DNA of 64,000 nt from Nostoc sp. (GTDB lineage: Bacteria; Cyanobacteriota; Cyanobacteriia; Cyanobacteriales; Nostocaceae), in contig JBALDB010000046.1 of NCBI GenBank assembly GCA_036918135.1, positions 32,001-96,000 of the forward strand, read 5' to 3'. Below, in pieces: positions 63,930 to 64,000 of the stretch. Made by a program: the position numbers and the translations under genes. Below the pieces are notes generated by a model. That model did no database searches. It was not told where the DNA came from and saw only the letters and a program-made list of their open reading frames with translations. Numbering within the stretch: position 1 is the first letter of the stretch; every line of letters begins with the position of its first letter.

Positions 63930-64000
63930 ATGTCACAGACCCCACTTTTCGCCGATCGCATCCATGCGGGTGAGGAGTTGGCGCGAGTAATTCACGAGCT
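63930..64000 (+). CDS. phosphoribosyltransferase family protein, 5' end (runs off window)
   Basis: MSQTPLFADRIHAGEELARVIHE, an F.DR..AG..LA N-terminal motif. Confidence 0.6.
   Translation, partial: MSQTPLFADRIHAGEELARVIHE

Larger units (their letters stand above)
1..64000. repeat. HIP1 octamer GCGATCGC, highly over-represented
   Basis: More than 50 occurrences by eye, in coding and intergenic DNA. Confidence 0.95.

Noticed and set aside
1..64000. CRISPR array, tRNA/rRNA genes, intact IS transposase, prophage or defence island
   Set aside because: No regularly spaced 23-47 bp repeats, no tRNA T-loop or cloverleaf signatures, and no such ORFs seen.

Overview
A 64-kb, mostly housekeeping chromosomal segment from a heterocyst-forming cyanobacterium (Nostoc-like). 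Evidence: more than 50 HIP1 GCGATCGC octamers by eye count, heptameric STRR tandem repeats, psaE/psb28/ndhO, and nrrA with its NtcA promoter. It carries mutM, mraY, grxD-bolA, a TldD/TldE pair, cysS, dtd, nrrA, two radical SAM genes, clpS, rne-rnhB, pheA, the str operon (rpsL-rpsG-fusA-tuf-rpsJ), Fd-glutamate synthase, lepB, a class A PBP, tyrS, pyrF and a family-4 UDG. I found no CRISPR array, tRNA/rRNA, prophage, intact transposase or defence island, and I cannot support a large novel multi-gene system. The notable signal is small-scale: (i) three in-frame 21-27 nt elements inserted at the same position of intact or decayed HIP1 sites inside dtd, a DICT/HD gene and glutamate synthase; (ii) several MITE-like elements with target-site duplications, one splitting a small pseudogene; (iii) an unannotated 5' remnant of a DapL-like aminotransferase; (iv) 66-bp direct repeats bracketing the str operon; (v) a 1.3-kb structured region upstream of rne; (vi) NtcA, CRP-like and Yfr1-pairing sites and a candidate antisense promoter. 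Family assignments come from recognising motifs by eye, not from database searches.
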